51,511 bases of DNA from Candidatus Woesearchaeota archaeon (lineage in GTDB: Archaea > Nanobdellota > Nanobdellia > Woesearchaeales > UBA10216): contig JACPBX010000011.1 of assembly GCA_016180085.1 (NCBI GenBank), forward strand, positions 1 to 51,511. Reading direction: 5' to 3'. Positions within the stretch are counted from its first letter, which is position 1; each line of letters opens with the position of its first letter. Below, in pieces: positions 18,457-28,201 of the stretch. A program made the translations under genes and the position numbers. Under the pieces are notes generated by a model. That model saw only the letters and a program-made list of their open reading frames with translations, ran no database searches and had not been told where the DNA came from.

Positions 18457-21400
18457 TGCGCACAGGCTTTGGCTCTGGCAAAAGGGGTGCGGGCTGGGGT
18501 TGGCTGCTTGGCGCAGTGCTAATGGCACTTGTCATATTTACTGTTCCTGCTGTAAAAAACATAGCTTACGGTGCTCTTGAAAACACCCTCAAGATTGCCG
18601 GCATTGACATTGGGAATCCCAGGATAGGCGCTTTCTCTGCAAAGCCAGTGGACATAGGCGGTGATGGTAAAATTGAAATGAGGTTTGAATTGTCAGTAGC
18701 CGGCAACAAGGACAGCGCTTATTTGGAGATTTATGAGAGCAAGGCCAGTGATGACAAGACCGCAGCGCAGCTTGAGCCGCCTCCGGCAAAGTTTGGCGAT
18801 GATGACAGGATTTACAGTACCCGGCGAACAGAAGGCAGATTGTCCGAATTGGCTAAGAAAGGGGTTTTTAGTATAAACTGCCCCGGACATGATGAGTGCA
18901 AAGCTTTTGATTACGTGCCTAAGCCCAGGGATGAGTTCAAGCCCGGCCTGTACAGGTTCACTGCTGTTATCAGGAAAGCAAAGGACAACAAGGTTGTGTA
19001 CTCCAAGGATGTTGTTGCTGGGTTTTACGATGAGGAGTATGTTGAGCTTCTTGACAAGCCTGCCGTGGGCTGTCCTGACTGTAACGTTATTGAGTGCAAG
19101 AGAAAGCAGATGGAAACCTTGCTGGAGGAAAAAGACAAGTGCAGTGAAGGCGTTAAGATACTGTACAAGGAGTCTGGGGGAAGGGTTAACGTTGTTGACG
19201 TGAACGGATGCGCCTTCCCAATTGAGCCTGTAAAGCACACTGACCCGCTGACAAACGCAGAGTTCACAGGCTGCTTGGCTTCACAGATAAACCTCATCCA
19301 CTCCCAGACCGTGCTTTCAGCATTCTACAGGATAGCATGTGAGAAGGGAGACGGCATAGGAGCATTGACCGACCTCCCTCTGGCTGAGGACAAGCTTGCC
19401 AAAAAAGGCCTTGGCATAAGCCAGGTAAAGGAGATGGCAAAGGATTTCATGCAGTCCTGCTCAAAGAAGGCGGAAAGTTATCTCAACGGCAAGGGCTGGT
19501 TTAAGGCAGAGACGGCCCAGTCAAGAAGGGCTGCGTATGATGACAAAATAACAAGCTACCTTGATAACAAGGTCATGCCTGGCGTTACAGGCGTAAGCCT
19601 GAACAACGATCAAACCGGCCTTTTGGTCGTCAGCTGGAAAGCCCTGACTGGACAGGCCAAGGTTGGAAAGTTTGTGATAGAGCATGTTGTTACAAAGGCT
19701 ATTGACCCTGAAAGCAAAGAGGTGCAAACCTTTGGCGAGACCTTGGAGAAGCTGCCTAGCGAGCTGACGCCTGCCGTGGATGGCTTCTCTTTTACAATCA
19801 GGCCTGAAAACTCTAACCTTGCGGGCTGGCATGAGTTTATCGTGTCAGCCGTAAGCAAGGATGACCCCGGCTCGAGCTCTGTGAAGAGCTCAAGCGGAAG
19901 GGGCCTTTACAACCTGCGCTTTTTGGAGCTTTACCAGACCCACCCAAAAGGCTGCACTGACGACAAGTGCAACGTCATCAAGAAGAAGAAGGAGATGATC
20001 AAAAGCTCGCCAGGCGCTGACGAGGCTTACATGATTTGGAGTGGCAGGATAAAAAACGCAGGGTGTGTTTACGACGAGAAAAAAGGCATGGACGACTGCC
20101 CTGAGCCGGAAGCAGTTGACATAATGTACAGGGGAATAATCGGGCTCTCGCGTGTTGGTTCTGATTTTGAAAAGGCTGTTGGCATGGAATGTGGTGCCTC
20201 AAACACTCCTGAAGGCAGGGTGTGCTCTGCCAGGAAGGAATTAAAGGCAGAGCTTGAAAAGAGAGGCTGGTTCCAGGTTGTGGTCGAAACTCCGATTGTG
20301 ATAACTCCATCAAATGTCAAGGTTCAGGATTTCAAGGCTGTGGCCAGAGCCGATGGCGGTATTGACGCAGAGTTTGTTGTAAGCGGGAATGTGGCCAAGA
20401 TAAGCGGCTTTGCAGTTGAGCACAGGTTCAACAGGTTCTACCGCGATGACAGCAAGCAGTTTGTCAACCTTCTGCCTATGGAGGTTGCCAAAGACAAGAG
20501 GGAAGTGGTAATTGGACCGTTTGAGGAAAGGTTTGACGGCTATCACAAGTTCAGGCTTAAGGCGGTTGATGATTTGAGCATTGAGCTAAGCTCAAGTGCA
20601 GAAGTCGCTGCCGGTTTTTATACGCAGGGCTATCTTGACTTTTACGATGGCGATGCTGAGAACTGCAAGGGCGATGGCGGCTGCGATGTTGTTGGCAGGA
20701 AGCGGGATTACCTTAAGGAGAAGAGAGATGCTGCGATAGAAGTTTTCGCAAATGACGAGGCAGTTAGGAAAGGCTTGGAATTTTTTGGCTGTAGCATAAA
20801 TGGGCTGGACAGGTGCAGGCCGGAAGGCGTTCAGGCTTTGTTCGCTGCCGTTCTTGGAAAGTTTTACCCGAACACAGACCAGCAGAATGAGCTTTTGACA
20901 AAATGCGAAACAAAAGGGAACCCTTACGTGGATATCTGCAAAGCCAGGAAAAACCTTGAGTCAGCCTTGAAGAGCAACGGCTGGGTTGAAGTTACAAAGC
21001 CAAGAGCAGAAACAAAAGCTGCTTTGCCCACAACAACAGCAGACATCAAGACAGTGCCTGAAAGGCCATTGCCCGGGGAGCTTTTCACCCTGGTTGTGGA
21101 AGCTGCATCTTCCCATGCCATAAGATGGCTTAAGATAGCAGAAGGCAATTCAAAGGAGTGGAAGACTGTGCCTTGTGACTGGCTTAGCAAGACGTGCAAG
21201 CGCGAATGGTCAAGGCTTTACTTTGACCCAAACCCTGTCCCTATAAGAATAGCTGTGGTTGATGCGACCGAGCGTGTTTCTGAGCTTGAGCCTTTTACGC
21301 CAAGTGTTGCCTGGAGCTGCCTTGGCTCAAAAAAGGCTGGTGAAAAATGGGTTGGGTGCAAAACAAACGACCAGGAGGAAGTGCTTTACGAGTGCAACAG

Positions 21401-24400
21401 CGACGGTAGCTTTACAACGCATATTCCCGAGAAAGAGGAAGATAGAAAGCCGTCATCTTTCCTTTGCGGGGGAATAGTTGATTATGGCCAGGCAGAAACA
21501 GGAAGCCAGGGAAACTGCATCTACACATGTAAGTTTGATGCTGAGTGCAGCGCTGTTGGAGGCTCAATAGCTCCCTTTGAGTGCCCTGGCAAAAACACAG
21601 GCATGAGAGGTGTTGAGCTTAAGCAAGTGTGCTGCGAGGTTGGAGCACCGCAAGAGGTAAACCCGAAAACTGTTGGCGTCCTTTCAATCATTACAAACAT
21701 CATGAACGAGAACCTGATAGCGAACTCTGTTGGCGGTTTTTTCTTCGTTTTTGACCTCATCAACCCGGTTAAAATGTTCACGGAAAGCGAGAAAAGTAGG
21801 CAAAGGCAGGATTTGCTGGACATCATGTTAAAGCTTCAGGCTGATGCTGAGCAGGGCACTTCCCTCAGCAGCGTTGTTGGCGCAATGGGCACTTTGAAAA
21901 AGGACGAAAAAGAGAGGAAGAAGTATCTTGACCAGAAATACCAAAGCATCAGCAACCAGTTTTACAGCTACGCGGCAAAGCTGGAGATTGATGCAGGCAG
22001 CGACAACAAGGCCAAACGCGATAGGGCAAGGGCAACATTGGCAGAGCTGAACCCGGTTATTGCCAACTTTAACCTCTACACCCTTCCTCAGCGGGAGTTT
22101 GACGAGCTGGCTATTCGGCACAGCACTGATCCCCTTGTGCTTCAGATAGCAAGGTATGACGCCCTCACCTGGCTTGACGACGACAGGCAGTTTGAGGCTC
22201 TTGATGACATTTACTTCGAGGTTGGGAAAAGCCTGGAAAAAACAAAGGATGAAGGTATGGCTGTTGAGATGTATAACCTTGTGCTGGAAAACTTCCGCGA
22301 GTCTGAGCATGCGCAGGAGTCGAGGGACAGGATAGAACTCCTTCAATCATTTCGCCACAAGGCTGGAACCTTGACTCAGAGCCTCGCGATAGACATATTC
22401 GGAGACCCTACGTTTTACGTGTTTGGCGGTCCAAAAGCTTTGATAAAGGGCGGCCTTACCGCTGTGAGGGTTTTGTCAAAAACTCCGCAAATTGCAGCTC
22501 AGACAGCAAAGCAAGCCGGCAAGGTTTCAGAGCCCCTCCTGAGGGAAGCTCTTGCAAGCTCTGGCGTGAAGAGCAGGGAGATTCTGGAAAAAGCCCCGGG
22601 CATGCTTGTGAGGTCTGGAGGCAAGGTCAGCCAGGAGCTTGTGGAATTGCTTGCAAATGTTCCAAGAGTGATAAAGTCCAGGATGATAAAAACCGTTGTG
22701 GACCGGGAAGGCAGGGTATTTTTTGAAACTACGGCGCTTAAGGGCGGCCAGAAGATAAGGGTGCCTTACCTGGAGAGCTTCAAAACCGCCCTGGCTGTCA
22801 GCTCAGATAAGCTCGGCGAGTTCAAAAAAGCGTATAGGGATTTAATGATTGAGAAAGGCCATCTTTTTGGCAATCCCAACGACCAGAAGCTGGCAATAAG
22901 GCTCCTGCAGAGCGGCTTGGACAAGGATGAAGTAGTTAAGGTCCTTACAAAGGCTGACAAGATTGCTGATGACTATGATCTTCTGACAAAAGTGGTGAAC
23001 AACTTCATGGAGCCCGAGTTCGGCATTACGCAGCCAAGGCTGGTGAGAATGATTTTGGCTGCTAAAGCAACCCCGGCCTCGGTAGAGGATGCCCTGTCCA
23101 TAAAGAGGGCTGCAACCGAGGTCATACTTAAGAATCTGGGCAACAACAGGAACAGGTTCCTTGTCGCCAAAACCCCGGGAGGCCAGGACGTCAAAGTGGC
23201 CCTAAACCGCCAACTGATGAAAGGCGACTTAGCTGGGGAAGTTGAAAAGGCCGGAAGCAAGTACGCTGAAGTCATGAGCAAGTATCCAAATCTGTTGGAC
23301 AATGCCGATGACCAGAAGAGGGTTTTGGACCTTGTCCAGGCTCCTGATTTGGGTGCGGATGACATAGGGCATCTTATCACCCGTAGGGCGAACGCCGACT
23401 CTGCCATAAAGCAGGGCTTCCTTGACAGCTATGTGAAGAAGATTGCACCCACGCTTGACAGGATTAACGACGCTGACGAGATACTGAAAGCCCAGGACTT
23501 TACAGATGCCATAAGGAAGGCGAGAATAGACAGGGCCAAGGTGCTAAAGCAGGCAAACAAGCGCTTCAGGGGAATCGACATTGACATCAAAATGAATGAG
23601 CTGCTTCAGCAAAAGCTAGCCGAGGCTGCTCTTAGAAGCGGAAGGGCAGCGAAAATAGAAGGGGCCATAAGCGGGGACTCTGCTGACTTGTCAAAAACCT
23701 TTTACGGGGCATTCGGGCCAATGGCAGAAGGCAGGGGAGCCGTGGTTGTTCCTGAGCATGTCCCAACATTTTTCAACAGGCTTGTCGCCATTAAAAACAG
23801 TATTTCAGACTTCGCCATAAGTTCTGAGATTATGGCTGGAGTTGCTTCCGAGGAGGCCAAGCTGGTTGTAAAAACACTGCATGCCCATGCCATTGAATAC
23901 GGGGCGCCTGTCGTGAAGCTTGCCAGGGAAAAGGGCTTAAGGCCCCTCAATGCCATTGTTTCGTTTGATATTTCAAAAGCCAGCATGCTCAGCCCTGCCA
24001 AGTTTGCCGAGCTTGACGAAGTTGCAGGAGTTGTTGTGCCTGTGATTGCGCAGGCCCCTGACGGCACAGACGAGCTTGCCTTTGTGGTCTTTGAAAATGG
24101 CGCCATACCTGCAGAAGTCCTGCCACAGACCGACCTGTTATTTCTCCCTGACGGCTCTGCGCCGTACTGCGCATATTACGATGTGGTTGTTGAATGCACT
24201 CTTGACGATGAAGTTTCGAGAAGCGCCATGCCGACCGCTGTTTTCGGCAATAATCTGGAGAAGCAGGTGCTGATAAGCCTGAACATGCGCAACCTTGAGG
24301 GTTTTGAAACTACGAAAGATGACTGGCTTAAGGACAACATTGCTCCTTTGGCTGCAAACGTTGAGGTTAATGATGAAGCGCTTAGTGATGCTGAGGCGGA

Positions 24401-24593
24401 CGCTGCGCTCACAGAAAAGGCTGATGAGCTGCTCGGCAAGGCAGGCACTGCTTACGACACTTCAAAGCAGCTCAGGGCTAATGGCTTGAGCGATGTGGAG
24501 GTTCAGCAGTTCCTTGTTTCGGCAAAAGACTTATCAGCTTTCAATGACTTGAAAGATGTTCCTGTTGAAAGCCTGAGGGTGAGGTTAGGATGA
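18456..24593 (+). CDS. Giant 2045-aa class III signal-peptide surface protein with three internal repeats
   Basis: KRG/AGWGWLL + TM; three beta-sandwich + Cys-rich repeats; Cys-rich module; TPR-like segment; helical C-terminal half. Confidence 0.8.
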   Translation: MRTGFGSGKRGAGWGWLLGAVLMALVIFTVPAVKNIAYGALENTLKIAGIDIGNPRIGAFSAKPVDIGGDGKIEMRFELSVAGNKDSAYLEIYESKASDDKTAAQLEPPPAKFGDDDRIYSTRRTEGRLSELAKKGVFSINCPGHDECKAFDYVPKPRDEFKPGLYRFTAVIRKAKDNKVVYSKDVVAGFYDEEYVELLDKPAVGCPDCNVIECKRKQMETLLEEKDKCSEGVKILYKESGGRVNVVDVNGCAFPIEPVKHTDPLTNAEFTGCLASQINLIHSQTVLSAFYRIACEKGDGIGALTDLPLAEDKLAKKGLGISQVKEMAKDFMQSCSKKAESYLNGKGWFKAETAQSRRAAYDDKITSYLDNKVMPGVTGVSLNNDQTGLLVVSWKALTGQAKVGKFVIEHVVTKAIDPESKEVQTFGETLEKLPSELTPAVDGFSFTIRPENSNLAGWHEFIVSAVSKDDPGSSSVKSSSGRGLYNLRFLELYQTHPKGCTDDKCNVIKKKKEMIKSSPGADEAYMIWSGRIKNAGCVYDEKKGMDDCPEPEAVDIMYRGIIGLSRVGSDFEKAVGMECGASNTPEGRVCSARKELKAELEKRGWFQVVVETPIVITPSNVKVQDFKAVARADGGIDAEFVVSGNVAKISGFAVEHRFNRFYRDDSKQFVNLLPMEVAKDKREVVIGPFEERFDGYHKFRLKAVDDLSIELSSSAEVAAGFYTQGYLDFYDGDAENCKGDGGCDVVGRKRDYLKEKRDAAIEVFANDEAVRKGLEFFGCSINGLDRCRPEGVQALFAAVLGKFYPNTDQQNELLTKCETKGNPYVDICKARKNLESALKSNGWVEVTKPRAETKAALPTTTADIKTVPERPLPGELFTLVVEAASSHAIRWLKIAEGNSKEWKTVPCDWLSKTCKREWSRLYFDPNPVPIRIAVVDATERVSELEPFTPSVAWSCLGSKKAGEKWVGCKTNDQEEVLYECNSDGSFTTHIPEKEEDRKPSSFLCGGIVDYGQAETGSQGNCIYTCKFDAECSAVGGSIAPFECPGKNTGMRGVELKQVCCEVGAPQEVNPKTVGVLSIITNIMNENLIANSVGGFFFVFDLINPVKMFTESEKSRQRQDLLDIMLKLQADAEQGTSLSSVVGAMGTLKKDEKERKKYLDQKYQSISNQFYSYAAKLEIDAGSDNKAKRDRARATLAELNPVIANFNLYTLPQREFDELAIRHSTDPLVLQIARYDALTWLDDDRQFEALDDIYFEVGKSLEKTKDEGMAVEMYNLVLENFRESEHAQESRDRIELLQSFRHKAGTLTQSLAIDIFGDPTFYVFGGPKALIKGGLTAVRVLSKTPQIAAQTAKQAGKVSEPLLREALASSGVKSREILEKAPGMLVRSGGKVSQELVELLANVPRVIKSRMIKTVVDREGRVFFETTALKGGQKIRVPYLESFKTALAVSSDKLGEFKKAYRDLMIEKGHLFGNPNDQKLAIRLLQSGLDKDEVVKVLTKADKIADDYDLLTKVVNNFMEPEFGITQPRLVRMILAAKATPASVEDALSIKRAATEVILKNLGNNRNRFLVAKTPGGQDVKVALNRQLMKGDLAGEVEKAGSKYAEVMSKYPNLLDNADDQKRVLDLVQAPDLGADDIGHLITRRANADSAIKQGFLDSYVKKIAPTLDRINDADEILKAQDFTDAIRKARIDRAKVLKQANKRFRGIDIDIKMNELLQQKLAEAALRSGRAAKIEGAISGDSADLSKTFYGAFGPMAEGRGAVVVPEHVPTFFNRLVAIKNSISDFAISSEIMAGVASEEAKLVVKTLHAHAIEYGAPVVKLAREKGLRPLNAIVSFDISKASMLSPAKFAELDEVAGVVVPVIAQAPDGTDELAFVVFENGAIPAEVLPQTDLLFLPDGSAPYCAYYDVVVECTLDDEVSRSAMPTAVFGNNLEKQVLISLNMRNLEGFETTKDDWLKDNIAPLAANVEVNDEALSDAEADAALTEKADELLGKAGTAYDTSKQLRANGLSDVEVQQFLVSAKDLSAFNDLKDVPVESLRVRLG

Positions 24594-25345
24594 TATACGA
24601 CAGCGGTATTGAAGGCAGTTCTGCCGGTTCGCCTGGCAATCGAAGCGCAAAAGCTTTTCTGGCTGCTGCCGGCATAGTAATAGGGGTTGCTGTTGTCGTG
24701 GCTGCACTTTTCATAATATTTCAGCCTGAAGAAAAAACAATAAAGCTACCGGCTGTTGAAGAAGCCCAGCTGGTTTTTACCTCGCCAACTGACGCCGAGC
24801 AGCAAGCTATTGTAAGAAGCCTTGTTGGCTATGACTGGGCTGTGCTCCTGAACACTCCCCTTGATGACAAAAGGGCCGTGCTTGCAGTGCCTTACCTTGC
24901 AAGTTTGGAACTGGAAACTGCCATTGCGCAGCACAATCTTCTCGACAACTCAGCCAGGTATGTTGGAGCTGGGGCAGTCCAGCTTGTGAAGAATGACTCC
25001 GGCCTTAGGGGCATTTTGGAAAGCCTTGCAGCCATAGAGGATGAGTACTACCGCCTTGGGCTGCCTTCAGGGGTTGTGCATGCCGAAAGGCTCAGGCACC
25101 TTGCCAAAATGCTTGAAGTGTACGGCCCGCCTGCTGGAGAAATAAGGGATTCTGAAACCAGGCAGTTTGCCCAGGACCATCTCGGATTTTCTGTTGACTC
25201 GTACGAGGCGTGGTATACACTTATAAGTATAAGATACGGCAGTTTAATTAAAAACATTGAAAAAACAAAAGACAAAAAGTCTATACTTACTGTTAAGGAA
25301 TATCTGGGAGGAAATCCCCAGAGAAAGGAAGTTTTGACAAGGTGA
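24590..25345 (+). CDS. Single-pass membrane-anchored hypothetical protein
   Basis: One N-terminal TM (FLAAAGIVIGVAVVVAALFIIF); ATGA overlap with the upstream stop. Confidence 0.7.
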   Translation: MIYDSGIEGSSAGSPGNRSAKAFLAAAGIVIGVAVVVAALFIIFQPEEKTIKLPAVEEAQLVFTSPTDAEQQAIVRSLVGYDWAVLLNTPLDDKRAVLAVPYLASLELETAIAQHNLLDNSARYVGAGAVQLVKNDSGLRGILESLAAIEDEYYRLGLPSGVVHAERLRHLAKMLEVYGPPAGEIRDSETRQFAQDHLGFSVDSYEAWYTLISIRYGSLIKNIEKTKDKKSILTVKEYLGGNPQRKEVLTR

Positions 25346-25351
25346 TAAAGC

Positions 25352-25654
25352 ATGGCCGGAAGCGAAAGGAGTGGAAGAAGAAGAGGTTCAAAGAGTGCAG
25401 CAGCTTTGTCGCTGGAAACAATCGCGGTTGCGGCAATAATACTTGTTGTCCTGATAATTGTCCTAGCAATCTTCACAGGAGGGTTTAACAAAGTCAGGTT
25501 TCAGATAGGGAAGGTCAATAATTGTGAGCCTGAAAATGAATGCGTTGAACCAGATGGAACATGCAATGCCGGTGAAAAGATATACGGCCTCGGCTGTGAG
25601 GAAAAATATCCGGGGACAAAAACCTACTGCTGCAAGAAGCAGCCGGATGTCTAG
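25352..25654 (+). CDS. Pilin-like protein with Cys-rich C-terminus (candidate major pilin)
   Basis: Basic leader then ALSLETIAVAAIILVVLIIVLAIF; 6 Cys in the C-terminal half. Confidence 0.72.
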   Translation: MAGSERSGRRRGSKSAAALSLETIAVAAIILVVLIIVLAIFTGGFNKVRFQIGKVNNCEPENECVEPDGTCNAGEKIYGLGCEEKYPGTKTYCCKKQPDV

Positions 25655-26291
25655 TGGAAGGATTGGCGGAATGGGAAGAATGCGGAAAAATAAGAGAGGT
25701 GCGGCACCCACTAGCCTGCTTATGGCCATAGGCTATGCTTTGGGTTTTATCCTGTTTGTTCTAATTCTGCAGATTGCAGGTGGTAAAGTGGGGCTGACTA
25801 TAGGAGGCACGGCTGAGGCAGCTACTGCCATTGACAGGGGCTTTGCCGACCTTACTAAGAAGGCGGAGGAGCTTGAGGACAGTAAGCCGCCGGTTGACTT
25901 TGCCCTGACCGTTGACAAGGACTTTTTCCTGGTAAGCTTCAACAAAGCTCCCGACGTAAAAAACGGCAATGCCGTAAGCCCGCCTGAATGTAACGGTGTA
26001 TCATGCCTTTGCGTTTGCATTGATGACAAGTGCGAGGACATTGACGTCCAAAAGAACAGGGGCAGGGACTGCAGGCCGATATACCAGTATAATGCAATAA
26101 TAGCTGAAGGGGATGACAGCTTTAAATGCAATGATGGCAGCGAGTGCAACAGGGGAGGTAAGCATACAAGCTATAAGTACGTTGATGAGTCAGGCAGTGT
26201 GTCGGATGGCTACTACTTTTACATTAAGGGCGAGAAAACGTTTTCTGCAAAGATTCGGAAAAGCAGCAGCAACCTTTACATAGGGCAGTAA
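25647..26291 (+). CDS. Class III signal-peptide, Cys-rich protein
   Basis: Start probably 25647 or slightly later; KNKRG/AAPTS + TM; CNGVSCLCVC motif. Confidence 0.72.
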   Translation: MSSGRIGGMGRMRKNKRGAAPTSLLMAIGYALGFILFVLILQIAGGKVGLTIGGTAEAATAIDRGFADLTKKAEELEDSKPPVDFALTVDKDFFLVSFNKAPDVKNGNAVSPPECNGVSCLCVCIDDKCEDIDVQKNRGRDCRPIYQYNAIIAEGDDSFKCNDGSECNRGGKHTSYKYVDESGSVSDGYYFYIKGEKTFSAKIRKSSSNLYIGQ

Positions 26292-26342
26292 ACCCTGCCA
26301 TACTTTACCGCAACTAATTTAAATGCCTGTGCAGATTATCCG

Positions 26343-26825
26343 TTGTTGATGCGGAAGCTTGTGCTGGGAAAAAGAGGGGCTGAAGCGACAACAGTCGAGG
26401 TGTGGTTTGTCGTTATCGGGCTGATACTTGCCGCGCTGGTAACCACCGGCCTTTTGAAAAAGACAGTTGACGACATCAAAGGAAAAACCCTGGAGAAGAA
26501 CTACATTGCCAGGGACATTGCCCTTGCGCTGGACGCTGTTTACGCCGCCCCCGGCGATGTGGAGTACACCTATTCCCTCAAGAAATATAAATTTGTCGTT
26601 GAGATAAAAGACTCCAAGGTTTTTGTCAAGGACTCTCTGGGAGAGAAAGACGCTACCGCCGGCATTTACGATTATTTCGGGGACCCTGACAGTAAGCTGA
26701 GCGTGAGGATAACGCCTCTGCCCGACGACCCTAGGCCAATGCTGGTTACGTTAGGCAACAGGAATGATGTTTTGCTTGTAAAAGCCGAGAATGCGTTTTT
26801 GGAAGAAGATGTGGCATTTACCTGA
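26343..26825 (+). CDS. Class III signal-peptide (minor pilin-like) protein
   Basis: GKRG/AEATTVEVWF + TM; YIARDIALALDAVYAAPG. Confidence 0.75.
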   Translation: MLMRKLVLGKRGAEATTVEVWFVVIGLILAALVTTGLLKKTVDDIKGKTLEKNYIARDIALALDAVYAAPGDVEYTYSLKKYKFVVEIKDSKVFVKDSLGEKDATAGIYDYFGDPDSKLSVRITPLPDDPRPMLVTLGNRNDVLLVKAENAFLEEDVAFT

Positions 26826-27387
26826 CAGTCTGGTTTATTTGGCTCTGCTGGCAAGGAGCAAGAGAGGCCTCGCCATATCAGACAAGATGCTGCTGTGGAT
26901 TCCAAGGTTTATTTTTACAGTGATAGTTGTCGGGCTGACTTTTTACATCATACTTTCGTTTATAATCACTAAAACAAACGTTTCCGAGGCAGAGTCAAAC
27001 ATACTTACGGACGTTGCTTACTATTCCGGTGATGGCTTCTCTTTTGTTGATAAGGATACGAACAGGGTTTATGCCGGTGTTATAGACGGGTCAAAGTTCA
27101 GCGACGCCCAGCTTGGAGCGCTGCTTAGCAATGACAAGCCGTTGCTTGTTGGCAGGTTTGTAAGGCGGCAGACTATTATTGATTACCTTTTGCATCCCCA
27201 AACAGATGCGGTAGCTTACACCGATAAAGCAAGGTATGGGCAGTGGCAGCCCATAGCGCAGCTGAAAGGGGAAGGCGAGGGAGGCAAGACGCCTTATTCA
27301 GAGGTCAGGTATGTTGCCGTGCGCAATCCGGCAACAGGCAATTCAAAAGGAGCGGTGGTCGAAACCGTTTTCATAGCTTCGAACTGA
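26791..27387 (+). CDS. Class III signal-peptide (minor pilin-like) protein
   Basis: SKRG/LAISDKML + TM. Confidence 0.72.
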   Translation: MRFWKKMWHLPDSLVYLALLARSKRGLAISDKMLLWIPRFIFTVIVVGLTFYIILSFIITKTNVSEAESNILTDVAYYSGDGFSFVDKDTNRVYAGVIDGSKFSDAQLGALLSNDKPLLVGRFVRRQTIIDYLLHPQTDAVAYTDKARYGQWQPIAQLKGEGEGGKTPYSEVRYVAVRNPATGNSKGAVVETVFIASN

Positions 27388-27397
27388 GGATGGAAAG

Positions 27398-28192
27398 ATG
27401 GTAATGTTCAGGGCAATGCTAAAAAGCAGGAAAGGGCTGGACTTTTGGGACATTTTCTTTTACCTGTTCTATTTTCTGGTAGCTTTCATAATAATATTTC
27501 TGCTTAACATTGCAGGATGCGTGATTAAGGATAAGGAAGCCAGGGCTGGAATCGGCGCTGACGTCAGCCTCGCGGCAGTCATAAGGGCTGACGCGCAGCT
27601 TGACAGCTATTTGAGGACACAGATGCCTGGCAAAGAAGAGCTGCTTGAAAAGATGGGCTGGGTGGAGAAGAATAAAAACGCGAAATACATCAAGGGCCTT
27701 GTCAAAGAGATTGACTTCAACTTTGGAAAGGTCGAGGATTTTCTCAACAAGCATCCTGAGGTTTACTCTGACAGGGACTACTCAGGCTTCATAAGCGGCC
27801 TGCACCCCTTTTACGTCTCCGGAAGCAAAAAGGACAAGGAAGATTCTGAAAGGGTTTTCAAGGCCGTAACTGCGGTTATGTTCATCAGGGCTGTGATTGA
27901 TTACCCGAAAAAGGGCGATTACATGTTCTATCTTTTGCCTTTGGGCGTTGATTTTGGCCCTTCTGACCTGAAACCGAGCAGTAAGGAAGACATGTGCAAA
28001 TCATCCTACGAATTGTGCGCGCAATACCTCCCTCCGGAAGTTGTTCCCAGCCTGAAAGACCCTTTAATCTATGTCTCGCCAGTAAGGTTTTCAAGCCAGG
28101 CCATCCAGATTATTCCTCTGGCAGACGCAACACTGGCAAAGGTTGAGTTCAGGTATTATCCGGAGTTTAAATCGAGGCTGCCGCAGCCGTGA
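27398..28192 (+). CDS. Class III signal-peptide (minor pilin-like) protein
   Basis: SRKG/LDFWDIFF + TM. Confidence 0.72.
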   Translation: MVMFRAMLKSRKGLDFWDIFFYLFYFLVAFIIIFLLNIAGCVIKDKEARAGIGADVSLAAVIRADAQLDSYLRTQMPGKEELLEKMGWVEKNKNAKYIKGLVKEIDFNFGKVEDFLNKHPEVYSDRDYSGFISGLHPFYVSGSKKDKEDSERVFKAVTAVMFIRAVIDYPKKGDYMFYLLPLGVDFGPSDLKPSSKEDMCKSSYELCAQYLPPEVVPSLKDPLIYVSPVRFSSQAIQIIPLADATLAKVEFRYYPEFKSRLPQP

Positions 28193-28201
28193 GGTAAGGT
28201 T

